Positions 1 to 10,905 of a DNA stretch of 39,571 bases are shown here, piece by piece. The translations under genes were made by a program, and so were the position numbers. The notes beneath the pieces were generated by a model. That model had not been told where the DNA came from. It worked only from the letters and a program-made list of their open reading frames with translations, and did not search any database. The first letter of the stretch is position 1. The number at the start of each line of letters is the position of its first letter. Location: assembly GCA_016935635.1 (NCBI GenBank), contig JAFGQP010000075.1:1-39571 (forward strand), in the 5' to 3' direction. This DNA comes from Sedimentisphaerales bacterium. GTDB lineage: Bacteria; Planctomycetota; Phycisphaerae; Sedimentisphaerales; Anaerohalosphaeraceae.

Positions 1-230
1 AAATTTTTTTGTGTTACGTTCGTAATAAAATGAAATATAACAAGCGATTGTGAGATTTGACTGTTGAATATGTATTTTAGCAGCCAGTGCATGCCAGCGA
101 TACACTGCTTCTGAATGGAATTGCCCGCCCCAGATACAGCGATATACCGTTTCGATATGTTCTGTGGTCATCGTCGCGGCAAAATGACGCCTGGTAAGCA
201 TAAAAAGACATCATAACGGTTTGGTTTAAA

Positions 231-259
231 TAGACAAATCAGTCTGATACAAGTATAAT
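231..259 (+). promoter_or_regulatory. sigma70-type promoter for nadD
   Basis: TAGACA(231-236)-17 nt-TATAAT(254-259), ~95 nt upstream of the nadD start. Confidence 0.6.
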
Positions 260-354
260 TCTGCCCAATGCTGAACGCTGCTGTCCGTTTTGCCGCAGAA
301 ATTATGAGGTCAGCATGAATGGATGTTACTGATGTGTTAAAAACATGAAATAAG

Positions 355-972
355 ATGAGTTCGGATGGATTAATTCTTTTCGGCGGGTCATTTGATCCGG
401 TGCATTGCGGTCACATTCAGATGGCTCAATTTGCCATGAGCTATCTGAATGTCAATCGATTGATTATGATTCCGGCGGCCCGGTCTCCTCACAAGATCAC
501 CTTGCCGACTGCGACAGGCCAGGATCGACTGGAAATGATTCGTCTAGCAATACGGGGCATCGCAGGTCTAGAAGTCAGTGATATCGAATTGAAACGCGCT
601 CAGCCCAGCTATACCTATGACACCATTGTTGCTTTCCGTGAGCAGACAGGCTTTGATGCTGCTCTTTACTGGCTGGTCGGAGCGGACTCTATTGCCGATT
701 TGCCCTATTGGTATCGAATCGTGGAATTACTGGACAAATGTCAGTTGTGCATCATGTATCGGGCAGGGTATGAAAGGCCGTCATTGAAGACTTTACAGCA
801 TAAATTCCGCCCGGACCAGATTGATGCCCTGGAACGGCATATAATCCCGACACCGCTGGTTGACATTAGCAGCACGGTGGTCCGAAAACGCATCGCAGCG
901 GGACTCGCCGGCAATGACATAGTATGCCCCGATGTATTGGAATATATAATAAAAAACAGACTATATCATTAA
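355..972 (+). CDS. nadD: nicotinate-nucleotide adenylyltransferase
   Basis: FGGSFDPVHCGH (HxGH motif), SYTYDT, LVGADS and ISST motifs; 205 aa. Confidence 0.95.
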   Translation: MSSDGLILFGGSFDPVHCGHIQMAQFAMSYLNVNRLIMIPAARSPHKITLPTATGQDRLEMIRLAIRGIAGLEVSDIELKRAQPSYTYDTIVAFREQTGFDAALYWLVGADSIADLPYWYRIVELLDKCQLCIMYRAGYERPSLKTLQHKFRPDQIDALERHIIPTPLVDISSTVVRKRIAAGLAGNDIVCPDVLEYIIKNRLYH

Positions 973-1122
973 ATAGGTTATAGGTGAGGGTAAAAAGCTG
1001 ACGGAATTGACCTGCTTTTGTGTTTTTGATTGACAGTCTTTATTTATTCCTTATATATATGAAGTCTTATCTTTAGGTGGACTGTATGTTGTTTTCAGGA
1101 CTCATTTTCGGAGATTATAACG

Positions 1123-2889
1123 ATGGTACTTGGAAAACGGATTCTTGGGGTCGTCTTTTTGTTCGTGTTGGCGACATCAGTGTTGGCCGAAGGGGTGCAA
1201 AGTGACTGGAATGACTTTTTGCACTATACCGCAATCGGACGATTTGACCTGGCACAGGGTTATGGCCAGAAGATTGTCCAGGCAAATCCTGATCCGCAGG
1301 AGCTGCTGGCCTTAAGTGAGGAAAATCCGGACGGGTATAATATTTTGCTGAAAATGAACGCCGAAAGCGAACTGCTTCGGGAAGTCAGCGGCAAAATCCT
1401 GGATATTATCGAGCAGGGCCGTTTCATCCGTCGTACCGACCCCAAAATCATAGTTGAGGAAATTCGTCGTCTGAGCACGACCATTCGGGGCAGAATTGCT
1501 GCAGAAGAACGGCTCCGAAATGCCGGGGAATATGCGATTCCTTATATGTTGAGTGCCTTGGCGGATGACAGCCGAAAGACTGAATTTGCCCCGATTACCC
1601 AGGCTCTGCCCAAAATCGGCAAAGGTGCGATTCGTCCTCTGACGGCGGCGCTTCAGACTGACAATGCCGCGGTCAAGGCGGAAATCATACGAGCACTTGG
1701 CAAAATTGGCTATTTTGAACCGTTGCCCTATTTGAAAATGATTATGGAAAAGGATGATTCCCCGGAGCTTAAGGCGCTGGCGGAAAAAGCGATCAGTGAA
1801 ATCGATTCCAATGTGTTGAAAATCCCCGCCGCGGAATTGTTTTTCCAGCTGGCTGAGATGTATTATGACCGTGCAGAATCCGTCGTACTTACGGAAGATA
1901 ACACCTTTGGAAATCTGTGGTTCTGGGATGCTGCGGGCAAGGGATTGCAAAGACAAGAGGTCGATAAGGCCTATTTCAATGAATTAATGGCGATGCGAAG
2001 CTGCGAATGGGCATTAAAAGCAGACCCGGCCATCGGCAAGGCGATCGGGCTTTGGCTGGCTGGTTACTTCCGTGCAGAATCGTATCAGGTTGCCATGCCG
2101 GAGTATTTCGGGCAGGGGCACCCGGATGCAATGACCTATGCCACCACGGCCGGGCCGGAGTATCTGCATCAGGCCCTGGATCGGGCATTGAAGAATAAGG
2201 AAGCATTTGTGGCCCTGGGGGTGGTTGAAGCCCTGGCCGTCAATGCGGGCACAAAATCCCTGCTGTACCAGTTGGGTACCGAGCAGCCGCTGGCCAGGGC
2301 ACTGACGTTTGATGACTATAAAGTGCGTTACAGTGCTGCGATAGCCATTGCACAGGCGTTGCCGACCAATGGCTTTGTCGGCAGCGAGAAGATTTCGGAA
2401 AATCTGTCAGAGGCCATCCTCGAACAGGGGGCCGACCAGATCGGTGCGGAATTGTCCGCCAGCTATGCCCTCCGTTCTATTCGCGCGATGGAAAAACTGG
2501 CATTGACTCATAATTCTATTGTTGATTTGTCCAGGGCGCTGGGAGCATTGGTCAAGGTGAGTGCCTCGACGAATCCGCAGATGCAGACACTGTCAGCGGA
2601 GGTGCTGGCACGACTGGAAAGCCCGGAAGCTCAGCGGGCGATTGCCGTGATGGCCTTGTCTGAGAAGAACAGTGCCGAGGTTCGCATTGCGGCTTTTGGT
2701 TCGCTTGCGACCTCTGCGAAATTAAATGCCAACTTGCTGCTGGCCGAACAAATCGATGCCATCTACAGCCTGGTCAGTTCAACCGAGACAGACCCGGCAC
2801 TGCGTTCTGCTGCGGCAGGGGCTTATGGAGCCCTAAACCTGCCCAGTGAAAAGGTCAAGACCCTGATTCTGGACCAGGCGAAGTCCTAA
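1123..2889 (+). CDS. exported HEAT/armadillo-repeat protein
   Basis: N-terminal signal peptide ending VLA-E; repeated HEAT-like helical motifs (AIPYMLSAL, VKAEIIRALGKIG, VRYSAAIAIA, VRIAAFGSL, LRSAAAGAYG); GGAG RBS. Confidence 0.8.
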   Translation: MVLGKRILGVVFLFVLATSVLAEGVQSDWNDFLHYTAIGRFDLAQGYGQKIVQANPDPQELLALSEENPDGYNILLKMNAESELLREVSGKILDIIEQGRFIRRTDPKIIVEEIRRLSTTIRGRIAAEERLRNAGEYAIPYMLSALADDSRKTEFAPITQALPKIGKGAIRPLTAALQTDNAAVKAEIIRALGKIGYFEPLPYLKMIMEKDDSPELKALAEKAISEIDSNVLKIPAAELFFQLAEMYYDRAESVVLTEDNTFGNLWFWDAAGKGLQRQEVDKAYFNELMAMRSCEWALKADPAIGKAIGLWLAGYFRAESYQVAMPEYFGQGHPDAMTYATTAGPEYLHQALDRALKNKEAFVALGVVEALAVNAGTKSLLYQLGTEQPLARALTFDDYKVRYSAAIAIAQALPTNGFVGSEKISENLSEAILEQGADQIGAELSASYALRSIRAMEKLALTHNSIVDLSRALGALVKVSASTNPQMQTLSAEVLARLESPEAQRAIAVMALSEKNSAEVRIAAFGSLATSAKLNANLLLAEQIDAIYSLVSSTETDPALRSAAAGAYGALNLPSEKVKTLILDQAKS

Positions 2890-2926
2890 GCAACCGGTTT
2901 ATTACCCCTGTGGGGCGAAATACGAA

Positions 2927-3196
2927 ATGGCCCGCAAATTCAAAGGTCTCAAAGACGAAAAATTTTACCGTAGCGGGATGCGCTGGATGGGGATCGGCTT
3001 TGAATTCTGCATCGTCTGCGGGGGCATGGCCTGGCTGGGGGCCCAGATGGATAAGCTGGAAAATACCAAACCGGGCTGGATGATCATAGGTTTTTTTGTG
3101 GGTTTTGGGACGATGTTTTATCTGATGGTTAAACGGGCCCAGAAATCCAATGAAGACAGCGACAAGAACCCCGAGGGAAATAACGAAGACAGGTAA
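2927..3196 (+). CDS. AtpZ/AtpI (ATPase gene 1) family small membrane protein
   Basis: Two hydrophobic helices with GxxLD-like (GAQMD) and PGW motifs; first position of the atp operon. Confidence 0.8.
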   Translation: MARKFKGLKDEKFYRSGMRWMGIGFEFCIVCGGMAWLGAQMDKLENTKPGWMIIGFFVGFGTMFYLMVKRAQKSNEDSDKNPEGNNEDR

Positions 3197-3204
3197 ACAG
3201 GTAA

Positions 3205-3708
3205 ATGTGGACGGATAATGTTAGGAAAATTCTTGGCTGGTTTACAGGCACAGGAGTTTTTCTGGGCGTGATTTTCCTTCTGACATATCGTTATTGTGAA
3301 TTGGCGGGACCCAGGGCCGAAAAAGCCTGTATTTTAGCGATTATAACCGCAACTCTGGGCGGACTATCCGCCTTCTGGCCTCTCAGTAAAGTCTGGCGTC
3401 GTGAGCCTGAAAAAATGGTTGTCAGCGTTTTTTTAGGCGGGGCAATTCGTATCTTGATTGGTTTTGTCGGAGTGGTTATAATCTTCTTTTTTACCGGTAT
3501 CAGCCGAACATGGTTTCTGGGATGCTACGGCATTTTTTATACTGTGTTCCTGCTGGTGGATTCATGGCTGATTATCCGGCTGCTGCATAATTACGGTCTG
3601 AACAAGGACGATTCGAAATATGAATGTGTGTGGAATGATGCTCGCGAGTACCAGCGTACTCGAAGAAATTGTCAGCAAAAAATGGATTATTCCCATAGGG
3701 CCTTATGA
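3205..3708 (+). CDS. AtpI-like 4-TM ATP synthase accessory protein
   Basis: Four hydrophobic segments with an Arg in the third (AIRIL); lies directly before atpB; 3' end overlaps atpB. Confidence 0.65.
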   Translation: MWTDNVRKILGWFTGTGVFLGVIFLLTYRYCELAGPRAEKACILAIITATLGGLSAFWPLSKVWRREPEKMVVSVFLGGAIRILIGFVGVVIIFFFTGISRTWFLGCYGIFYTVFLLVDSWLIIRLLHNYGLNKDDSKYECVWNDAREYQRTRRNCQQKMDYSHRAL

Positions 3709-4417
3709 GGTCCCCTTTACCAATCACATGCTGATGATTACCCTGGCGTCGCTGACGCTGATGGTGGTGCTGCCGCTGGTCTTGAAAAAGCCGGTATTGG
3801 TGCGCAGCGGTTTCGGGAATCTGATTGAGACGATTTGTGTGTATTTGCGTGAAGACGTAGCCCGGCCCTTTCTCAAAGACAATACCGACCGATATATCGG
3901 TGTACTCTGGACCCTGTTCTTCTTCATTCTGACCATGAATCTGCTGGGTTTGATGCCGCTTCCGCAATTAATGTTTCTGTTAACCAAGCATAAACATATT
4001 GGCGGCGCCGCCACAGCAAATGTCTGGGTTACCGGGGCTTTGGCAACCTTTTCATTTCTGCTGTTCCATATTGCCGGGATTCGTGAAAAAGGGGTCTGGC
4101 ATTATCTCAAAACCTTTACCCCCAAAGTGCCCTGGCCGATGTTTCCCTTCATGTTTGTCATCGAGGTTGTCAGCTCGTTTGTCCGGCTGTTCTCGCTGGC
4201 GATTCGTTTGTTTGCAAATATTCTGGCCGGGCATATTTTGCTTGCGGTTATTTTAGGTTTTATTATGATGTTCAAAAATTATATGGTCGCCTTCTCTTCG
4301 TTGACCGCAACGGTTTTATTCAGCCTTTTAGAAGTCTTTGTTGCGTTTTTGCAGGCGTATATATTTGTATTTTTAACGACCATATTTATCGGATTTGCGA
4401 TTGCCGATGAGCATTGA
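3620..4417 (+). CDS. atpB: ATP synthase F0 subunit a
   Basis: MNLLGLMP, SLAIRLFANILAGH (essential Arg), LEVFVAFLQAYIF; start could be 3635. Confidence 0.96.
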   Translation: MNVCGMMLASTSVLEEIVSKKWIIPIGPYEVPFTNHMLMITLASLTLMVVLPLVLKKPVLVRSGFGNLIETICVYLREDVARPFLKDNTDRYIGVLWTLFFFILTMNLLGLMPLPQLMFLLTKHKHIGGAATANVWVTGALATFSFLLFHIAGIREKGVWHYLKTFTPKVPWPMFPFMFVIEVVSSFVRLFSLAIRLFANILAGHILLAVILGFIMMFKNYMVAFSSLTATVLFSLLEVFVAFLQAYIFVFLTTIFIGFAIADEH

Positions 4418-4421
4418 TTAT

Positions 4422-4447
4422 AGAACCCGCCATTGTGGCGGGTTTTT
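4422..4447 (+). terminator. terminator-like hairpin between atpB and atpE
   Basis: AACCCGCCA-TTG-TGGCGGGTT followed by TTT. Confidence 0.55.
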
Positions 4448-4502
4448 GTCTAAATAGAAGTATCTGAAAACGTAGTAACTGACGTACAGGAGATGCTGTA
4501 AC

Positions 4503-4775
4503 ATGTTTGAATTAATGACTTTAGCTCCGATGCTGCTGGCGGAACTGACCATTAACGACAAAGGTTTAGGTATGCTGGGCGGCGTGCTGGGCTGCGGCCT
4601 GATTGTGATGGGATCTGCCAAAGGTATCGGCCAATTGGCCGGCAGTGCGGTGGAAGCCATTGCCCGTCAGCCGGAAGCGGCCAATCGTATTTTCACCACG
4701 ATGATTATCGCCGCGGCCCTGATCGAAGGCGTGACGCTGTTTGCGATGATTATCTGTCTGCTGGCTGTGTTGTAA
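4503..4775 (+). CDS. atpE: ATP synthase F0 subunit c (probably H+-coupled)
   Basis: Gly-rich helix, ARQPE loop, ion-binding Glu in ALIEGV; AGGAG RBS. Confidence 0.97.
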   Translation: MFELMTLAPMLLAELTINDKGLGMLGGVLGCGLIVMGSAKGIGQLAGSAVEAIARQPEAANRIFTTMIIAAALIEGVTLFAMIICLLAVL

Positions 4776-4802
4776 GAAACGAAATTTTACCAGGAAACTG
4801 TG

Positions 4803-5426
4803 ATGCGAATGCTCAGGTTATTACCGGCATTTTGGCTGTACTTTGCTGTGACCGCGGCGACGCTGGCGTCGGAGGCCGCTGCGCCGGCCGAAGCGGAAGG
4901 CCATGAACAGGCACCCAGTGTCTTCACGGGCGACTGGGCTGAATCGGCATGGACGCTGGCATGGTTTGCACTCCTGCTGCTGGTGTTGTGGAAGCTGGCA
5001 TGGAAGCCGCTGCTCAAAAGCCTGTCGGACCGTCAGAACCACATCCAGAAAGAGATTGACGACGCCGAAAAGAGCCGCAAACAGGCTCAGCAGGTGTTGG
5101 ATGATTATCGCAGCAAGCTGGCCGATGCCGAGCGGCAGGGTCGGGAAATCATCAATCAGCGTGTCAAGCAGGCTCAGTCGGAAGCCAAAGATGTTGAATC
5201 GCAGAGTCGAAAACAGATAGAGCAGATGAAGATTCGCTTTGAATCCGATCTGGAACGGGAAAAGGGTGATGCCCAGGAACAGCTCTGGACGCAGGCCGGG
5301 GATATTATTCAAACCATCGGTCAGGAAGTTTTCGGCAAGGCACTCAACGATGAGGATAACAAGCGATTGATTTCTCAGGCGATTGAACGACTCAAGCAGG
5401 CTCATCGGAATCCCGGTGTGCAATAA
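4803..5426 (+). CDS. atpF: ATP synthase F0 subunit b
   Basis: TM helix followed by AWKPLLKSLSDRQ and a long coiled coil; N-terminal signal-like extension; alternative GTG start at 4800. Confidence 0.92.
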   Translation: MRMLRLLPAFWLYFAVTAATLASEAAAPAEAEGHEQAPSVFTGDWAESAWTLAWFALLLLVLWKLAWKPLLKSLSDRQNHIQKEIDDAEKSRKQAQQVLDDYRSKLADAERQGREIINQRVKQAQSEAKDVESQSRKQIEQMKIRFESDLEREKGDAQEQLWTQAGDIIQTIGQEVFGKALNDEDNKRLISQAIERLKQAHRNPGVQ

Positions 5427-5450
5427 CGAGGTCTGAATCAGGCGAATACT

Positions 5451-6074
5451 ATGGCGGCATCTTCCAAACATATCATTTACGAGATTTACAGCGATGTCCT
5501 GTTTCAGCTGGCCGAAGAATCCGGCCAGGTGGAGCAGGTGCTGGAAGATATGGCCGCAGTGGGAACCCTTCTTCGGGATGAGCCTCAATTTTTAAAACTG
5601 ATTACCTCGTCCAAGATGAAAGAGGACGAAAAAACCGCAGCTTTGCGGCGGGTGTTCAGCGGCCGGGTCAATCCGCTGACGCTGGATTTTCTGTGTGTGC
5701 TTGCACGCAGAAACCGGATCGGCGGGCTTAACGGCATCTTCGACCGCTATGAGGTTCTGGTCGACAGCCTGAAAAACTGCCGCCTGGTGGAAGTGGTGCT
5801 GGCAAAGCAATTGCCCGATGCCGAACTCGAAAAGCTGCGTCTGGAAATCAAGGATGCGATTAAGGCCGAAGTGAAGCTGAAAGTCCAGATCGACCCGGAC
5901 ATCCTGGGCGGCATTGTGATTCGGCAGGGCGACCTGATGATTGACAATTCCGTCCGGACGATTTTGAATCGGACGGTGGACGGCATCGTGGATCGCTCCA
6001 GAGAGACCTATTCCAAACAAAAGAATAAATCCGGTGAGACGACACCGGATGGCTCTGATTCGGCGCAGGGATAA
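5451..6074 (+). CDS. atpH: ATP synthase F1 subunit delta
   Basis: YSDVLF N-terminal helix and IDPDILGGIVIRQGDLMIDNSV C-terminal motif; operon position. Confidence 0.94.
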   Translation: MAASSKHIIYEIYSDVLFQLAEESGQVEQVLEDMAAVGTLLRDEPQFLKLITSSKMKEDEKTAALRRVFSGRVNPLTLDFLCVLARRNRIGGLNGIFDRYEVLVDSLKNCRLVEVVLAKQLPDAELEKLRLEIKDAIKAEVKLKVQIDPDILGGIVIRQGDLMIDNSVRTILNRTVDGIVDRSRETYSKQKNKSGETTPDGSDSAQG

Positions 6075-6125
6075 TAATTCGCAGGTGCCGAGCGGATAAA
6101 AACATTTGTAAACGAGTAAATACTA

Positions 6126-7649
6126 ATGAAATTCGATGTATCTGAAATTTCGAGTCTGATCAAGCAGGAAGTCCTGCGATATCAAACCCAGCTTGAGGTT
6201 TCGCAGGTTGGTACCGTGCTGGAAGTCGGCGACGGTATTGCCCGCATCTACGGCCTTGACAATGCGATGGTCGGCGAAATGCTGGAATTTGAGGGCGGTA
6301 TCGTCGGCGAAGTGTTTAATCTTGACGAAGACTCAATCGGCGCGGTTATCTATGGCGATTTCCAGAAGGTTTGTGAAGGCGGCACGGTCCGGTCCACCGG
6401 CAGACTGCTGTCGGTTCCCGTCGGCCCGGAACTGCTGGGCAGGGTGGTTAATGCCTTGTGTGAGCCGATTGACGGGGCTGGTCCCTTCAAAGCAGAGATG
6501 CGTCGTTTTATCGAATTCGCCGCTCCCGGTATTGCTCAAAGACAGCCGGTCAAGGAACCTCTGGCAACAGGCATAAAGAGCGTTGACTCGATGATTCCCA
6601 TCGGACGCGGGCAGCGCGAACTGATTATTGGCGACCGCAAGACCGGCAAAACTGCCATTGCCCTGGATACCATCATCAACCAGAAGGGCAAAGGGGTGAT
6701 TTGTGTCTATGTCGCCATTGGTCAGAAAGAATCCACCGTGGCGGAAGTGGTGTCAACATTGAAAAAGCACGGAGCCATGGACCATACCGTGGTCGTTTCG
6801 GCCACAGCGGCTCAGAGTGCAGCGATGCAGTATATCGCTCCGTATGCCGGCGCGGCTATTGCCGAATATTTCATGTATGAAAAGCAGGGCCATACGCTGT
6901 GTGTATATGATGACCTCAGCAAGCACGCCATCGCTTACCGGGAATTGAGTCTTCTGCTGCGTCGTCCCCCGGGACGTGAAGCCTTCCCGGGCGATATTTT
7001 CTATCTGCACAGCCGGCTTCTGGAACGCAGTGCCAAGCTGTCCAATGCACTGGGCGGCGGGTCGATGACGGCGCTTCCGATTGTCGAGACACTTGAAGGG
7101 CAGGTGTCGGCCTATATCCCGACCAATATTATTTCCATCACCGATGGTCAGATTTATCTGCAGCGTGACCTGTTTCTGGCCGGTGTTCGTCCTGCCATTG
7201 ACGTGGGTATCAGTGTCAGCCGTGTCGGCGGCGATGCCCAGCCGCAGGCCATGAAAAAAGTTGCCCCCAAGCTGCGCCTGGATCTGGCGGCCTTCCGCGA
7301 ATTGCAGGATTTTGCCCGACTGGGAACCGACCTGGATGAGATGGCACAAAAGCAGCTTGACCGCGGGTATCGCATGGTCGAGGTGCTCAAGCAGAAACAA
7401 TTTTCGCCTATGAGTGTGGCCGATGAAGTGATCAGTATTCTGGCCGGCTCCAGCGGCATTCTGGATGATATTGACGCCACTCATGTAGGGCATTTTCTGG
7501 AAGAATTGATTGCCTGGCTGAAGCTGGAAGCAGGCGAGTATCTGGATGAAATCGATAAAATCGGCAAGCTGTCGGATGAGTTGTTGTCTGCGATGAACGA
7601 TGCGGTGGCCGCCTACAAGACTATTTATAAATTCAGCTTCGGGGCCTAG
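6126..7649 (+). CDS. atpA: ATP synthase F1 subunit alpha
   Basis: [51 protein letters not shown]. Confidence 0.98.
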   Translation: MKFDVSEISSLIKQEVLRYQTQLEVSQVGTVLEVGDGIARIYGLDNAMVGEMLEFEGGIVGEVFNLDEDSIGAVIYGDFQKVCEGGTVRSTGRLLSVPVGPELLGRVVNALCEPIDGAGPFKAEMRRFIEFAAPGIAQRQPVKEPLATGIKSVDSMIPIGRGQRELIIGDRKTGKTAIALDTIINQKGKGVICVYVAIGQKESTVAEVVSTLKKHGAMDHTVVVSATAAQSAAMQYIAPYAGAAIAEYFMYEKQGHTLCVYDDLSKHAIAYRELSLLLRRPPGREAFPGDIFYLHSRLLERSAKLSNALGGGSMTALPIVETLEGQVSAYIPTNIISITDGQIYLQRDLFLAGVRPAIDVGISVSRVGGDAQPQAMKKVAPKLRLDLAAFRELQDFARLGTDLDEMAQKQLDRGYRMVEVLKQKQFSPMSVADEVISILAGSSGILDDIDATHVGHFLEELIAWLKLEAGEYLDEIDKIGKLSDELLSAMNDAVAAYKTIYKFSFGA

Positions 7650-7671
7650 CGGGTTAAGGTTGTAAGAAACA

Positions 7672-8568
7672 ATGGCCAACACACGACAAATTCTGCAGCG
7701 GCGCAAAGCGGCGTCCAACATCAGTAAAGTCACCGGCACCATGGAGACGATTGCCGCGGTCCGCTACCGTCAGTACTATAATCAGTGGGCACAGGGCATT
7801 GAATACTTTGATGCACTGGCTCAGTTGGCGTACCTGATGGTGATTGCCGAACAGGGTCTCAATCACCCCCTGATGAAGCCGAATTCCTGCAGAACCAATG
7901 CCGTCATTGCCATCGGCAGCAATCGCGGATTGTGCGGCGGCTATAATGCCGAAGTCTTTCGCCAGATTGATACCCATATCAAGATGGCCCAGCGCTTTAA
8001 GCGGGAGCTGAAGATTTATGCCAAGGGCCGCAAGGTGGTCAACTACCTCGAACACCGCAAAATTGTGCCGGATGGCGTTTATTCTGATTTTGATGAAGTA
8101 CCCTCGGCTGAGCAGGTCCACCTGATTGCCGATCATTTTGTCAAGCAGTATATGGCCGGCCATATCGGGCGTCTGGGGGTTATTTACAATCGGTTTCATT
8201 CCCAGACCTCGCAAAAGGTGCAGACGCTGACTATTCTGCCGGTGACCGAACTAATCGACGATCTGACCACACGCGCCACAGTCATTTGGCCGTGGGAGCT
8301 GGCGTTCGAAGATTTCATGCTCGGCGATGATCCGTATACGATGTTTGAAACGCTTGCCGCCATGCTGATTCGTTCGGCTTTGGCCGGGTGTTTTCTTGAA
8401 GCGGCGACCAGCGAGTACCTGGCCCGCGTGGTATCGATGCGAAACGCCAGTGACAACGCCGACCAGATGATTCAGGATTTGACCAAAGACTATAACCGCG
8501 CACGACAGGGACAGATTACAGTGGAACTGCTGGATATTATCACCGGTGTCAGTGCTGCCAAAAAATAA
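7672..8568 (+). CDS. atpG: ATP synthase F1 subunit gamma
   Basis: SNRGLCGGYN and YNRARQGQITVELLDI motifs. Confidence 0.96.
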   Translation: MANTRQILQRRKAASNISKVTGTMETIAAVRYRQYYNQWAQGIEYFDALAQLAYLMVIAEQGLNHPLMKPNSCRTNAVIAIGSNRGLCGGYNAEVFRQIDTHIKMAQRFKRELKIYAKGRKVVNYLEHRKIVPDGVYSDFDEVPSAEQVHLIADHFVKQYMAGHIGRLGVIYNRFHSQTSQKVQTLTILPVTELIDDLTTRATVIWPWELAFEDFMLGDDPYTMFETLAAMLIRSALAGCFLEAATSEYLARVVSMRNASDNADQMIQDLTKDYNRARQGQITVELLDIITGVSAAKK

Positions 8569-8587
8569 AAGTGGATTTAGACTATAA

Positions 8588-10033
<1,446 letters not shown>

Positions 10034-10044
10034 GGAAATAACCC

Positions 10045-10488
10045 GTGGTTGGACTGGTAACAAAACCGACATTTCGCGTGGTTATTCTGACCCCTAGGGC
10101 CAAATTGCTGGATTGCAGGGCCAGCTCGGTGATTATTCCCTGTTCGGATGGACAGCGGGGTATTCTCCGTAATCACTGCCCCCTGTTGACGGGATTAGAT
10201 CTTGGAATTATGGAGGTACAGGGGATTCCGGACCGTGATAGTGCTTATTTTGTAATCGAGGGGGGATTTGCCCGCTTCAGTGAAAACCATCTGACGGTCC
10301 TGGCCTATGACGCAGTGACTTTTGAAAATCTGGATGTGGAGAAGATTAAACAGGTCATTTCACAGGCCCAGGGTGTGGTTGCCGGACAGGAGTATATCAA
10401 AACTCAGCTTCAGAAAGTGAATATGGCTCGCAGCCGCCTTGTCCTCCGTATGGCGCAATTGGCCGGCAAACTGGAGATGGTAAAGTAA
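10045..10488 (+). CDS. atpC: ATP synthase F1 subunit epsilon
   Basis: ILTP, GQRGILRNHCPL, IEGGF motifs; last gene of the operon; GTG start with AAGGA RBS. Confidence 0.92.
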   Translation: MVGLVTKPTFRVVILTPRAKLLDCRASSVIIPCSDGQRGILRNHCPLLTGLDLGIMEVQGIPDRDSAYFVIEGGFARFSENHLTVLAYDAVTFENLDVEKIKQVISQAQGVVAGQEYIKTQLQKVNMARSRLVLRMAQLAGKLEMVK

Positions 10489-10509
10489 CTCTTTCCCGTT
10501 TGAGGACTT

Positions 10510-10557
10510 ACAAAAAAAACTTTGACGGCTGGTGCCGAAAAAAGTTGCTTTTTTTGT
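10510..10557 (+). terminator. possible imperfect terminator after the atp operon
   Basis: A-tract/AACTTT...CGGC-TGGT-GCCG...AAAGTT/T-tract imperfect inverted repeat. Confidence 0.3.
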
Positions 10558-10595
10558 TGTTTCCCTGTACGATTTGGCCGGATTGAGTTTGTCTT

Positions 10596-10892
10596 ATGGC
10601 CAAAACTCCTGAAAAAAATCTGGTTGCTGACGGTACTGATGCCAATGCAGACATTCGGCGATTTATCGATAGTCTTGACGATAAGTATCGGATGCTGGTT
10701 GTTTTGAAAGCTCAGCTCTATGGCAATCGGTGGGAACCAATGCTGGAGGATCTGAAAAATCGTCTTGAAGGCAAACCGTATATTTTCAAACTAGTAAATC
10801 GCATTAAAGATGATATTGATCGGATTGACCGAATGAAATCCTTCGAAGCCGATCATAAAGTCGATTTAACGGAATTTATAGATATAACCTGA
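10596..10892 (+). CDS. small hypothetical protein
   Basis: 98-aa ORF filling the gap in the same orientation as its neighbours; plausible charged helical protein. Confidence 0.75.
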   Translation: MAKTPEKNLVADGTDANADIRRFIDSLDDKYRMLVVLKAQLYGNRWEPMLEDLKNRLEGKPYIFKLVNRIKDDIDRIDRMKSFEADHKVDLTEFIDIT

Positions 10893-10905
10893 CCGGAGAA
10901 ATCGG

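Noticed and set aside
1030-1060. sigma70 promoter for the HEAT/atp unit
   Set aside because: TTGACA is perfect but no TAxxxT hexamer lies at 16-18 nt spacing, so it is not listed as a feature
4503-4775. Na+-coupled c-ring suggested by the Gln in GIGQ
   Set aside because: Aligned on RQPE, the Na+-ligand Gln position holds Ile, and the Glu is followed by Gly rather than Ser/Thr, so the Na+ signature is absent
6753-7742. Long antisense ORFs (also 4821-5588, 12525-13388, 21291-22280, 22492-23283, 24254-25054, 24811-25623)
   Set aside because: They lie opposite well-supported genes and carry no recognisable motifs; typical shadow ORFs
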